Positions 48,922-58,427 of a stretch of DNA of 62,255 nt are shown in pieces; the stretch's first letter is position 1, and each line of letters starts with the position of its first letter. The notes under the pieces were generated by a model. That model saw only the letters and a list, made by a program, of their open reading frames with translations, was not told the DNA's origin and made no database searches. The translations under genes and the position numbers were made by a program. The DNA lies in contig CAOJYR010000006.1 in the NCBI GenBank assembly GCA_948465965.1, positions 1-62,255 of the forward strand. The letters run 5' to 3'. Origin of the DNA: an uncultured Mycoplasmatota bacterium. Its GTDB lineage: Bacteria > Bacillota_I > Bacilli_A > RF39 > UBA660.

Positions 48922-49815
48922 ATGAAAGTAGTATGCGTTGGGCACTCTGCCTATGATATAACACTTTTATTAGATGAATATCCAAAAGAAAACACAAAAA
49001 CACGTATAACAAACTCTACAGAATGTGGTGGAGGAAGCGCATCCACAGGTGCTTATCTTTTAACCAAATGGAATCTAAATCCTATTCTTTTAAGTGCAGT
49101 AGGAGATGATTACTATGGAAACAAAATAATAGAAGAATTCATACATATTGGGGCAACTACTAAATACATCGAAAAAGTAAAAGACTATTCTACTACAAGT
49201 AGTTATATAATTGCTAATAAGAAAAATGGTAGTAGAACCATAATCACATCTAAGAAAAATACTATAAGAAGATTAAATCAAATGACAAATTTGGATGCAG
49301 ATTTAATTTTAATAGATGGTGAGCATCCAGAAAGCGCAAAAGAAGTATTATTAAATAATCCAAAGGCTATAAGTATTTTAGATGCCGAAAAAACAAATGA
49401 AGATATTAAGGAACTAGGTAAATTAGTAACATATATAATTTGTTCCAAAACATTTGCAGAAAAATTTACAAATACAAAAATAAATCCAAAAGATAAGAGT
49501 TCTTGTATTGCTTGTTATGAAATCTTAAGGAATTATTTTAATACAAACATCATAATAACATTAGAAGAAAGTGGTAGCTTCACAAAATTAGATGATTACG
49601 AGATTATTCCTAGCATTAAGGTGGATACAATAGACTCAACTGGTGCTGGAGACATATTCCATGGGGCATTTACATATTTTATTGGGAAGAACTATCCACT
49701 AAAAGAAACCATTAAGTATGCATCAATAACTGCAGCACTATCTACAACGAAAGTAGGTTCCAGATATTCCATACCAGAGTTAGAAGAGGTTTTAAATTAT
49801 GATAACATTATATAG
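48922..49815 (+). CDS. PfkB-family carbohydrate kinase
   Basis: N-terminal GxS..D and the C-terminal DSTGAGDIFHGAF signature. ATG 48922 follows AGAGGTGA. Confidence 0.8.
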   Translation: MKVVCVGHSAYDITLLLDEYPKENTKTRITNSTECGGGSASTGAYLLTKWNLNPILLSAVGDDYYGNKIIEEFIHIGATTKYIEKVKDYSTTSSYIIANKKNGSRTIITSKKNTIRRLNQMTNLDADLILIDGEHPESAKEVLLNNPKAISILDAEKTNEDIKELGKLVTYIICSKTFAEKFTNTKINPKDKSSCIACYEILRNYFNTNIIITLEESGSFTKLDDYEIIPSIKVDTIDSTGAGDIFHGAFTYFIGKNYPLKETIKYASITAALSTTKVGSRYSIPELEEVLNYDNII

Positions 49816-50065
49816 TAATTTACCCAGTATCGACTTACATGGATATGATAGAGACTACGCAAGGATTATTATTAATGAGTTTATACAGGATAATCATAAA
49901 ATGAAAAAAGAAAGAGTTCTCATAATACATGGTATTGGTAGTGGAATTTTAAAAAAAACAACCCATGAAACCCTACGAAAAAACAAATTAGTAAAAAGTT
50001 ATAAATTAGACAATTTTAACTCTGGAACAACCATTGTTGAAATCAACAAAAAAATTGACAATTAG
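49799..50065 (+). CDS. Smr domain protein
   Basis: 88 aa with IDLHG...IIHGIGSG, typical of Smr/MutS2 C-terminal domains. Overlaps the pfkB-family gene by 17 nt. Confidence 0.7.
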   Translation: MITLYSNLPSIDLHGYDRDYARIIINEFIQDNHKMKKERVLIIHGIGSGILKKTTHETLRKNKLVKSYKLDNFNSGTTIVEINKKIDN

Positions 50066-50119
50066 TAGGTTTTATGTTAGAGTATAGACTGCATATATCG
50101 GAAAGGGGAACGATTGAAT

Positions 50120-51613
50120 ATGTATACAGAAGAATACGAAGATAGAGGATTTCCATTTAGAGATTTCCTATTAAAGTTAATATTAATAGTTATATTTGTC
50201 TTTCTACTAGTATGGTTCTTGCCTAAATTTATAACACCAACAATTAAAAATAATAATAAAACTACTGACATATCTCCATTAACCTCTCAAATATTTGCAG
50301 ATAATTTGAATCGAATGAAAGAGGCTGCTATATCCTATTATACCGATGAAAGATTACCTCAAGAAGTTGGAGACTCGGATACAATGACATTAGGGGACAT
50401 GATAGGTAAAAAATTATTAGTACCTTTAATTGACAAAAACGGTAAAGCTTGTGATATAGAAAAAAGTTATGTAAAAATAACAAAACTAGATGATGAATAC
50501 CTACTAAAAGTAAATTTAAAGGACAGTGAAAAAGAAGATTATATATTAGTACATTTAGGATGTTATACATATTGCGATTCCTATATTTGTGAAAAGAAAG
50601 AAACAAATGTACAAGTAAAAGCATCAAAACCAACATCCATAGTTTCTATAAAAGGTTGTAAACCATGTAACAATAACACTAATAATAATGGTGGATCAAG
50701 TAATACAAAGCCAAGTGATAATCCAAATTCTACTAACAATCCAACCCCTAAACCTAGTGATGAACCAACACCAACTCCACCAGAAGAACCTGGATATATT
50801 TATGAATACAAAAAGACAACAGGGGCATCATTTTCAGCATGGACCTCATGGTCTAGTTGGAGTAAAACAAGCTGTACAACAAAAGAAATAAATTGTAATG
50901 ACAAAGATATTACATGTTTGAAAAAACTCCAAAGATTTAATCGCAAAGAACAAATTGGAACATATGATAAAAAATATGAGAAAACTAGACAAGTACTACG
51001 TCAAACAGGCTCATATCAACAAAAATCATGTTCTAAGTATAATTATGTAATAGTAAACAAAACAACTTACGCAACTACTACCACAACTACGTATACAACA
51101 GTTAATAATATTACATCAACAACCACAGGATCTACTGGTTCTTGGACTCTAGTAGCAAGTAGAAAAGAATTTGCAAATCCACCTAGAGATACAGCAACTA
51201 CTCATTATGAATTTGTTGGAGCAAATTACAGTTATTGTAAAGATACATGTACATCATTGCCAACATATTACTATAACGTATATCAGTATAGCGGAAGCAT
51301 GTCTACTGTAAGTAATACAACATCAACACCAAACGGATCATCTACAAGTAGTTCTACATCATCCGAAACTTCAACTTCTGTATCAGCAACTTGTGGAGAA
51401 TATGTTACGAAAACAATCCCTATTTACGATTATATAACAATAGCAGAAGTAGCAACACGAAAAGAGCCATTATATGGAAATGTTTGTTATCAAAGTACGA
51501 AGACAAGAACACTAAAAAATGCAGGAAGTACACAAACGAAGTGGAGTAAATATAATGATACAAGTTTATTAAAGAATGGCTGGTATTATACCGGAGCCAA
51601 AAAGAAAGCCTAA
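50120..51613 (+). CDS. single-pass membrane protein with a Pro/Thr/Ser-rich extracellular region
   Basis: N-terminal TM segment (LLKLILIVIFVFLLVWFL), then a Cys-containing domain, a PTPKPSDEPTPTPPEEP linker and poly-Thr/Ser tracts. ATG 50120 was preferred over TTG 50114. Confidence 0.6.
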   Translation: MYTEEYEDRGFPFRDFLLKLILIVIFVFLLVWFLPKFITPTIKNNNKTTDISPLTSQIFADNLNRMKEAAISYYTDERLPQEVGDSDTMTLGDMIGKKLLVPLIDKNGKACDIEKSYVKITKLDDEYLLKVNLKDSEKEDYILVHLGCYTYCDSYICEKKETNVQVKASKPTSIVSIKGCKPCNNNTNNNGGSSNTKPSDNPNSTNNPTPKPSDEPTPTPPEEPGYIYEYKKTTGASFSAWTSWSSWSKTSCTTKEINCNDKDITCLKKLQRFNRKEQIGTYDKKYEKTRQVLRQTGSYQQKSCSKYNYVIVNKTTYATTTTTTYTTVNNITSTTTGSTGSWTLVASRKEFANPPRDTATTHYEFVGANYSYCKDTCTSLPTYYYNVYQYSGSMSTVSNTTSTPNGSSTSSSTSSETSTSVSATCGEYVTKTIPIYDYITIAEVATRKEPLYGNVCYQSTKTRTLKNAGSTQTKWSKYNDTSLLKNGWYYTGAKKKA

Positions 51614-51630
51614 AAAGGGAGGAATTATAA

Positions 51631-54000
51631 ATGGATAAATATGAAATAAAAAATATAGTATTCTATAACTTTGAATCAGAAAGAGGACCATTAACACAGA
51701 CTTGCATTTTCTATGCTGATGGAAGTATAAAAAATATAACACTTGAAGATGGAAAAGAATTAGTCAACCTAATCAAAAGTCAATTTGAAAATCCCGATGA
51801 TTTACCAGCAATACATAATGTATCAGGTAAAGAATTTGAAAGGAGATTTCAAGAATTTAGAACTACGAAAGTTTCTGTTGATAATAAAGGTGGTCAAACA
51901 TCAACTGTAGAAGAGATAGAATTTAGTCAATCAATAGATAAAAATAAAACACCGATTATTGATTTAACAGGTAATACATTTACACAAGGAACTCAACCTC
52001 AAGATAATAATACAAAAAAAGGAAATGGTACTAAAGGACACCAAAAGAATAAGAAGTCAACCATCCTAGAAGATAATGATGATGAGATAGATGAATTTGA
52101 TCTAGAAGACCCCCTTCATCCATATTTAGATGCCATAGCAGAAACATATCAAAAAGCAAAAGGAAAATTAGCATCTAGAATAAAAAGAAGAAAAGCAAAA
52201 AAAGCTCAAAAGAAAATAGCAACAAAAAATTCTAAAAAATCAAAGAAAAAAGCAGGATCTTTTAGAAATAAATTTAAATCCTTCAGAAAAAAAGCAGCTG
52301 CGCTAGTAATGGCAGTAGCAGTAGGTTTTGGATTAACAGGATGTGGTAATAACACTAAAAAGACAGATGATAAGAAAAATGGTGGAGTTACACTTGCAGC
52401 AAAAACTAAAGGAATCGATAATACTACAACAGATGATTTAACAGAACAAGATATAGTTACTATAGCCCAAGGAAAGAGTTTTTCCAAACTACTAAATATG
52501 ACTAAAAACGAAACACAAAAACAAGAAATGAGCAAAATAGGAAGATATCTTACATTCTTTAATGGGTCTTTTGCTAATAAAAACAGTGAAAAAGGAAAGA
52601 ATATTAGACCAGCCCTAAAATGGAACGAAGTGAATGCCCTTAATTTGGCATATAACAATTTTTCAAAAGATGAAATCAAAGCTATGTATAATGGGCACGA
52701 ATTAACCCCTAGTAAATTAGATGGATATTTTAAATCAGCAAATCTTGAGCTTATGGGTGCCTTTGTTTTACAAACAAGAGAAAACCCAGTATCTTTAGAT
52801 CAATTAGTAAATAACCAAAAAGGTAAGGAGTATTATTATAAAATTAATAATTTATTTCTAGATGCACAAGAAAAAACAGGAACAGCAAAAATCGAAGCAG
52901 TGAATAAATTTTATAAGCAAATAATAAAAGATTTTGAAATAGATCCAGAAGAAAGAGAAATAGGTATTGCACATTCTGATTCTAGAAGCAATATCAAAGG
53001 ATATAAGTTAGTGGTAATGCCTATGGTTGCAGCTGCTGAAATAATGTTCCAAAACTTAGATATTGATCACACAATGTCTAATAAAGTTATTAAATATTTC
53101 AATGATAATGGTCTTTGTAATATTGCTAATGAAAAATTTGAAAGAGCCGCAGACTTTACAAGAAATGCTAAAGATGAAGAAGATAAAAACAATCCTTTAT
53201 ATAGACAATTTAAAAATGCAAAAATTATTCAATTAAAAAAGGATGGTTGGTACAACGTAAAAGATAAATATAGAGATTTATCTCAACTAGATGCTTTTCA
53301 AGAAAGAGTAAAATGGCATTTTGAAATCAATGATAAAGGTAATTTTACAGGCAAAATGACAAAATCATCAAGTGCAAAGACTACTGTATCCACAAAAACA
53401 ATTTCTAAAACAACAACTAACACAAAAACAACAGAAGAGAAGACTTCTAGTAAAAAAGAGGCTGTAAAAAAGACAGACAAAAAGAAAGTTGCCAAAGCTG
53501 AGGAAAAAGTTGATAAAAAAATAGAAAAACAAAATAAGAAAGCTAAAAAAACTGCCGAAAAACAAGCAAAGAAAAACAAAAAGGCAATGCAACAACAAGC
53601 AGATAAAGAAGCAGAGCAAACAAAAAAAGAAATAGCATATGAGAACGAAAAAACAGAAAATGATGCTAATAATATTAATGCTGGAGATAAAATCAGCGAT
53701 ATCAATGACAACATTCATATTGATGATGAATATGTTGAAATAGTAGATAAAGGTACAGAAGAAAACCCAGATTATGAACAAGTAGTATCTGACAAAATAG
53801 AAGATAGCAGCATAACAACAGATAACAATGGAGCATACGAAGACTTTCCAGATCCTAACGTATCAGGGGCAGAATTTGATAAAAAAGCAGATACAATGAC
53901 CAATGAAGAAAAAGCAGCTAAAATAGTAGAAGAAATGGCTAATAATCCAACAACATCAACAGTTGAAGAGAAGTCATATCAATATACATATACTAGATAG
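51631..54000 (+). CDS. large Lys-rich protein with an internal lipoprotein-like signal
   Basis: SD GGGAGG upstream; 789 aa. Residues about 205-238 read KKKAGSFRNKFKSFRKKAAALVMAVAVGFGLTGC (n-region, h-region, lipobox). The C-terminal region is K/E-rich. Confidence 0.6.
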   Translation: MDKYEIKNIVFYNFESERGPLTQTCIFYADGSIKNITLEDGKELVNLIKSQFENPDDLPAIHNVSGKEFERRFQEFRTTKVSVDNKGGQTSTVEEIEFSQSIDKNKTPIIDLTGNTFTQGTQPQDNNTKKGNGTKGHQKNKKSTILEDNDDEIDEFDLEDPLHPYLDAIAETYQKAKGKLASRIKRRKAKKAQKKIATKNSKKSKKKAGSFRNKFKSFRKKAAALVMAVAVGFGLTGCGNNTKKTDDKKNGGVTLAAKTKGIDNTTTDDLTEQDIVTIAQGKSFSKLLNMTKNETQKQEMSKIGRYLTFFNGSFANKNSEKGKNIRPALKWNEVNALNLAYNNFSKDEIKAMYNGHELTPSKLDGYFKSANLELMGAFVLQTRENPVSLDQLVNNQKGKEYYYKINNLFLDAQEKTGTAKIEAVNKFYKQIIKDFEIDPEEREIGIAHSDSRSNIKGYKLVVMPMVAAAEIMFQNLDIDHTMSNKVIKYFNDNGLCNIANEKFERAADFTRNAKDEEDKNNPLYRQFKNAKIIQLKKDGWYNVKDKYRDLSQLDAFQERVKWHFEINDKGNFTGKMTKSSSAKTTVSTKTISKTTTNTKTTEEKTSSKKEAVKKTDKKKVAKAEEKVDKKIEKQNKKAKKTAEKQAKKNKKAMQQQADKEAEQTKKEIAYENEKTENDANNINAGDKISDINDNIHIDDEYVEIVDKGTEENPDYEQVVSDKIEDSSITTDNNGAYEDFPDPNVSGAEFDKKADTMTNEEKAAKIVEEMANNPTTSTVEEKSYQYTYTR

Positions 54001-54011
54001 TCTGGGTGGTA

Positions 54012-54039
54012 AAAAGCTAATATCCATATATTAGCTTTT
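54012..54039 (+). terminator. hairpin terminator
   Basis: AAAAGCTAATAT / ATATTAGCTTTT palindrome. Confidence 0.5.
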
Positions 54040-54132
54040 ACGCATCTTTAAAAATATATAATATTTGCTAAAAAACTTTTGCTTTTTTAAAAAAGTTTGA
54101 TATAATACCTATAGACGTAAGGAGGGATATAA

Positions 54133-54297
54133 ATGGCTAAAGTTGGAAATAGACAAATGAAAACTCTAGTATGTACAGAATGTAACGAGGAGAATTACAG
54201 AGTACCAAGAAACGTAAAAAATACAACAGAGCGTCTTGAATTAAATAGATACTGTTCTAGATGTAGAAAACATACAACACATAAGGAAAAGAAGTAA
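54133..54297 (+). CDS. rpmG: 50S ribosomal protein L33
   Basis: 54 aa, MAKVGNRQMKTLVCTECNEENYRVPRNVKNTTERLELNRYCSRCRKHTTHKEKK, with a CxxC...CxxC zinc ribbon. SD GGAGGG upstream. Not in the ORF track because it is under 60 aa. Confidence 0.9.
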   Translation: MAKVGNRQMKTLVCTECNEENYRVPRNVKNTTERLELNRYCSRCRKHTTHKEKK

Positions 54298-54341
54298 AAA
54301 TAAGCTAAACACTTATTTTTTAATTTTAAGGAGTGAGATGA

Positions 54342-54899
54342 ATGATTAGTACAAATGATTTAAAAAATGGAATCACAATTGAGGTTGAGGGTGCAATATA
54401 TGTAGTAATGGATACACAACATGTTAAACCAGGAAAAGGAGCTGCCATCGTTAAAGCAAAACTTAAGAATTTAAGAACTGGAGCAATCTTTGAAAAAACC
54501 TTCAATGCAGGAGTAAAAGTAGCAACAGCAAGAATTGAAAAACAATTGATGCAATATCTTTATACCATGAATGATATTTATTATTTCATGAACATGGAAA
54601 GTTATGAACAATTAGAGCTTTCTAGTGATATTGTTAAAGATGCCTCTAAATTCTTAAAAGAAAACCTAGAAGTGTATATTACAATGTTTGATGGGGAAGT
54701 TTTAGGAATAGATTTACCAGACAAAGTAGAATTAGTAATTACTCATACAGAAGCTGCTGTTAAAGGTAATACCACTAACAACGCTTTAAAGGATGCTGAA
54801 GTAGAAACTGGATTCATTGTACGCGTTCCATTATTTATCGATGAAGGAGAAACCATTATAGTGTCAACAAGTGATGGTAAATACGTATCAAGAGCATAA
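54342..54899 (+). CDS. efp: elongation factor P
   Basis: MISTNDLKNGITIEVEGAIYVVMDTQHVKPGKGAAIVKAKLKNLRTG is canonical EF-P. Confidence 0.95.
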   Translation: MISTNDLKNGITIEVEGAIYVVMDTQHVKPGKGAAIVKAKLKNLRTGAIFEKTFNAGVKVATARIEKQLMQYLYTMNDIYYFMNMESYEQLELSSDIVKDASKFLKENLEVYITMFDGEVLGIDLPDKVELVITHTEAAVKGNTTNNALKDAEVETGFIVRVPLFIDEGETIIVSTSDGKYVSRA

Positions 54900-54915
54900 A
54901 TTGCTCTTTTTATTT
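54891..54915 (+). terminator. rho-independent terminator of efp
   Basis: AGAGCA / TGCTCT stem followed by TTTTTATTTT. Confidence 0.7.
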
Positions 54916-54965
54916 TACTTTTCATATTTCAAAGTGTTATAATTATCATAGTGAGGAGTAATAAT

Positions 54966-57224
54966 ATGGCAAAGAAAAAAAAGAAAAAACAAACAAAAAA
55001 AGGCTTTGAATACAGTGCCGAATTATATGGAATAGTTCTACTTTTATGTTCAATACTAGGAATAGGTAAATATGGACCAGTTGGAAGATTAATTTCATCA
55101 TTTGCTCTTTTTTTAGTAGGATCTATATATATGGTATTTTTAGTAGTATTATTTATAGTAGGAGCCTATTTATTAGTAAAAAGAGAATGGCCAGACTTTT
55201 TTGAAACAAAATTAATTGGTTTATATGTTTTTACATTAGGTTTTTTAATAACTATGCATCAAAGTTTTATTGTACAAAACGATGGAAATATGATGATTAT
55301 ATTTAGAGAGACAATAAATCAATTAGTAGCTGCATTCAATGGTATTATGAATAATGGTGTTTTAGAAGATTGGTTTGCAGTAGGTGGTGGAATAGTAGGT
55401 GGGACCTTTGCTATTATTTTTGATAAGCTATTTTCATACACAGGTATGCAAATAGTATCCTGGGTTTTGATGATAGCAGGAGTTTGTTTATTCACTGGTT
55501 TTTCTATCATTGATTTTATAAAAGAAAAAGTAAGTCAAAGAAAAGGCAAAAAAGAAAAAGAACCTAAAAAAGAGAAAAAGTCATCTGTTATTATTAGTAA
55601 TGGCAACGAAGAAGATTCAAAAGAAAATGACAAACACATTAAGATTACAAGTATTGATGAAATAACAAAAGCCTCTCCAAAAGATATAAATCAAAATAAC
55701 ACAGAAGAAAAAAGCATACAAGAAAAACAGCTTATTTCTAGCAAGGATTATCAATTGCCACCCCTAAATATATTGGATAAACCAAAGAAAAGACAGAAAG
55801 ATACAGATAATGGCATAATTGAAAAAAATATAGAAACATTAGAAAGAGTATTAAAGGATTTTAAAATTATTGGTAAAGTTGTAGAGGTTCATATAGGTCC
55901 CACTGTTGCTCAATATGAACTTGAAATTGCAAGTGGTACCAGAGTAAATAAAATCACATCTATCAATAGAGAAATAGCCTTAGCATTAGCTAAGAAAGAT
56001 GTTCGTATAGAAGCACCAATTCCTGGAAAAAATACAGTAGGAATTGAATTTGCAAATGAAGTAGCAACACCAGTTAGCTTTTATGAAATTATCAGCAGCA
56101 AGTTAATGATGAATTCTATGAGCAAAAAATTAATGGTACCTCTTGGAAAAAGTATCATGGGAGATATTGGTGTTTGTGAAGTCAATAAAATGCCTCATAT
56201 GTTAATAGCTGGTACCACAGGTTCTGGTAAATCAGTTTGTGTTAATGGAATTATTTGTTCTATATTAATGAGAGCTCGTCCAGATGAAGTAAAGTTAGTT
56301 ATGGTTGACCCTAAAGTTGTCGAGTTATCAGTTTACAATGGAATCCCACATTTAATGTGCCCGGTTGTAACTGATCCCAAAAAAGCGGCTGTTGCTCTTG
56401 CTAAGATGGTAGCAGAAATGGAAAGACGTTACGAAGTATTTAGTGAAAGTAAAACAAAAAATATTGAAGGATATAATGATTATATTGATAAATGGAACAA
56501 AGAACATAAAGGCGATGAGGTAAAAAAAGCCCGTCTTCCATATATTGTTATTATAATAGACGAGTTAGCCGACTTAATGATGGTAGCTGCTAAAGAAGTA
56601 GAAGATTCAATTCTAAGAATCACTCAAAAAGCACGTGCAGCCGGAATTCATTTAATAGTAGCAACACAACGTCCTTCAACTGAGGTAATCACAGGTTTAA
56701 TTAAAGCAAATATTCCTTCACGTATCTCATTTGCAGTTGGATCAGGAATTGATTCTAGAACGATATTAGACCAAACAGGTGCTGAAAAATTATTAGGAAA
56801 AGGAGATATGTTGTTTCTACCAATCGGTATGAATTCTCCAATTCGTATTCAAGGTTCATTTATAACAGACGATGAAATCAAAAGAATCATTGATTATACA
56901 GTAGAACAACAAAAAGCACAATATGATGATTCCTTATTAAATCTAGATGTAGTGGATGCAAATGATAAAAGTAGTGGTTCAATAGATAATGATACTACAA
57001 CCGATAGTGATGATCCACTATATAATGACATCGTAAAATTTGTAATAGAAACCCAAAAAGCAAGCGCTTCCCTTTTACAAAGAAGGTTTAAATTAGGATA
57101 TAATAGAGCAGCACGTATTATAGATCTCTTAGAAGAACGTGGTGTAATTGGGCCACCTAATGGATCAAAACCGCGTGAAGTATTAGTACAATTAGGTAAC
57201 AATGAAGAAGTAAATGACGAATAA
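54966..57224 (+). CDS. ftsK: DNA translocase FtsK/SpoIIIE
   Basis: N-terminal TM segments, a linker, the motor domain with Walker A GTTGSGKS and a C-terminal gamma (winged-helix) domain LLQRRFKLGYNRAARIID. ATG 54966 follows GAGGAG. Confidence 0.9.
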   Translation: MAKKKKKKQTKKGFEYSAELYGIVLLLCSILGIGKYGPVGRLISSFALFLVGSIYMVFLVVLFIVGAYLLVKREWPDFFETKLIGLYVFTLGFLITMHQSFIVQNDGNMMIIFRETINQLVAAFNGIMNNGVLEDWFAVGGGIVGGTFAIIFDKLFSYTGMQIVSWVLMIAGVCLFTGFSIIDFIKEKVSQRKGKKEKEPKKEKKSSVIISNGNEEDSKENDKHIKITSIDEITKASPKDINQNNTEEKSIQEKQLISSKDYQLPPLNILDKPKKRQKDTDNGIIEKNIETLERVLKDFKIIGKVVEVHIGPTVAQYELEIASGTRVNKITSINREIALALAKKDVRIEAPIPGKNTVGIEFANEVATPVSFYEIISSKLMMNSMSKKLMVPLGKSIMGDIGVCEVNKMPHMLIAGTTGSGKSVCVNGIICSILMRARPDEVKLVMVDPKVVELSVYNGIPHLMCPVVTDPKKAAVALAKMVAEMERRYEVFSESKTKNIEGYNDYIDKWNKEHKGDEVKKARLPYIVIIIDELADLMMVAAKEVEDSILRITQKARAAGIHLIVATQRPSTEVITGLIKANIPSRISFAVGSGIDSRTILDQTGAEKLLGKGDMLFLPIGMNSPIRIQGSFITDDEIKRIIDYTVEQQKAQYDDSLLNLDVVDANDKSSGSIDNDTTTDSDDPLYNDIVKFVIETQKASASLLQRRFKLGYNRAARIIDLLEERGVIGPPNGSKPREVLVQLGNNEEVNDE

Positions 57225-57238
57225 TTTACTTCTTTTTA
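57205..57238 (+). terminator. rho-independent terminator of ftsK
   Basis: 11-bp perfect stem AAGAAGTAAAT / ATTTACTTCTT spanning the stop codon, followed by a T-run. Confidence 0.8.
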
Positions 57239-57271
57239 TATAATAAAAAACTTTCTATGTAGTAAGATAGA

Positions 57272-57280
57272 TGGTATAAT
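57272..57280 (+). promoter_or_regulatory. extended -10 promoter of the retron cassette
   Basis: TGGTATAAT. The -35 is weak. It sits immediately downstream of the ftsK terminator. Confidence 0.55.
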
Positions 57281-57286
57281 AGCATC

Positions 57287-57458
57287 AAGAGCAATAGTGA
57301 ATGGATTTATCCTACTTTAGCGACTCGTTAAAGGACAAAAGAATTAGAATCAAATAATAGTAATATTTCAAAGGGCACTACTACACGTTGTGTAGAACGC
57401 TTCATTGCATTACGCTTTTAAGCCCATTTCCATATTACAATATCAATAAGTATTGCTC
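57287..57458 (+). ncRNA. candidate retron msr-msd non-coding RNA
   Basis: Structured leader of about 170 nt directly upstream of, and co-oriented with, a retron-type RT. Terminal inverted repeats are GAGCAATA (57289-57296) and TATTGCTC (57451-57458). Internal hairpins lie at 57315-57333 and 57381-57395, and GGGC/GCCC pair at 57373-57376 and 57422-57425. The boundaries are approximate. Confidence 0.5.
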
Positions 57459-57476
57459 CAAAAGGAGGTAATAAAA

Positions 57477-58427
57477 ATGTGGAAATACATTAGTAAAGAG
57501 CAAGAAAAAGAATTTTTATTATCTCTAAATTTAATAGATAATAAACTGACAGATAAAGAAAAAATAATAAAAATTTATTCTATCAGTAATAACATAAAGA
57601 ACAATTATAAAATTTATAAAATACCAAAGCATAATGGAAAGAAAAGACTTATTTATGAACCAAGCACCACCCTAAAACATATTCAAAGACAAATATTAAC
57701 CAACATTTTAGAAAACAAAAGTATTTCTGAATATGCAAAGGCATACTGCAAAGGTATATCTTTGAAAAAGAGTGCCTTGCCACACCTAAATAAAAAAACA
57801 GTCTTAAAACTAGATATTAAAGATTTTTTCAATCACATTAATTTTATCGATATTTATAATTCCTGTTTTCCAATAGAATATTTTCCAAAGCCAATTGGTA
57901 TACTATTAACTTATCTTTGTACATATGAAAATCACTTACCACAAGGCGCTCCAACGTCAGCCTATATTTCGAATTTAGTCCTAAAGGAGTTTGATGAGAA
58001 AATAGGAAGATTATGTTTTGAGAAAAACATTTCTTACACCAGATATTCGGATGATATGACTTTTTCTGGAGACTTTAACCCAACAGATATAATCAAAGTT
58101 GTAAAAAAAGAATTACACAAGTATAAGTTAGAGATTAATAAAGACAAAATACATGTAATCAAGAAAAACAATAGACAAACAGTAACAGGAATAGTTGTTA
58201 ATAAAAAAATGCAAGTATCAAGAGATTACAGAAAGAAAATAAGGAAAGAAATATATTATATTAAAAAGTATGGATTACCCTTCCATTTAAATAAAATAAA
58301 ATATGAGGGTAATCCAGAAAAATATTTAAAAAGTTTATATGGAAAAGTCTTATATGTTTTGCAGATAAACAAAGAAGATAAAGAATTTAATTTATATAAA
58401 AGGTATTTGGAGACACTATATGGATAA
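57477..58427 (+). CDS. retron-type reverse transcriptase
   Basis: 316 aa from ATG 57477 (SD AAAGGAGG 57461-57468). Motifs: LKLDIKDFF, LPQGAPTSAYISNL, YTRYSDD (58035-58055) and RQTVTGIVVN (VTG at 58182-58190). Size and motif set fit retron RTs; no maturase or endonuclease domains are present. Confidence 0.8.
   Translation: MWKYISKEQEKEFLLSLNLIDNKLTDKEKIIKIYSISNNIKNNYKIYKIPKHNGKKRLIYEPSTTLKHIQRQILTNILENKSISEYAKAYCKGISLKKSALPHLNKKTVLKLDIKDFFNHINFIDIYNSCFPIEYFPKPIGILLTYLCTYENHLPQGAPTSAYISNLVLKEFDEKIGRLCFEKNISYTRYSDDMTFSGDFNPTDIIKVVKKELHKYKLEINKDKIHVIKKNNRQTVTGIVVNKKMQVSRDYRKKIRKEIYYIKKYGLPFHLNKIKYEGNPEKYLKSLYGKVLYVLQINKEDKEFNLYKRYLETLYG

Noticed and set aside
53400-53650. Repetitive-looking A/G-rich DNA that might be a tandem repeat or an array.
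   Set aside because: It is a Lys/Glu/Thr-rich low-complexity coding region of the 789-aa protein. It has no exact DNA repeat unit and no spacer-repeat periodicity, so it is not a CRISPR array.
57453-57476. TTG 57453 as the reverse transcriptase start.
   Set aside because: It would begin inside the candidate a2 repeat and read through the SD AAAGGAGG. ATG 57477 has ideal spacing to that SD.
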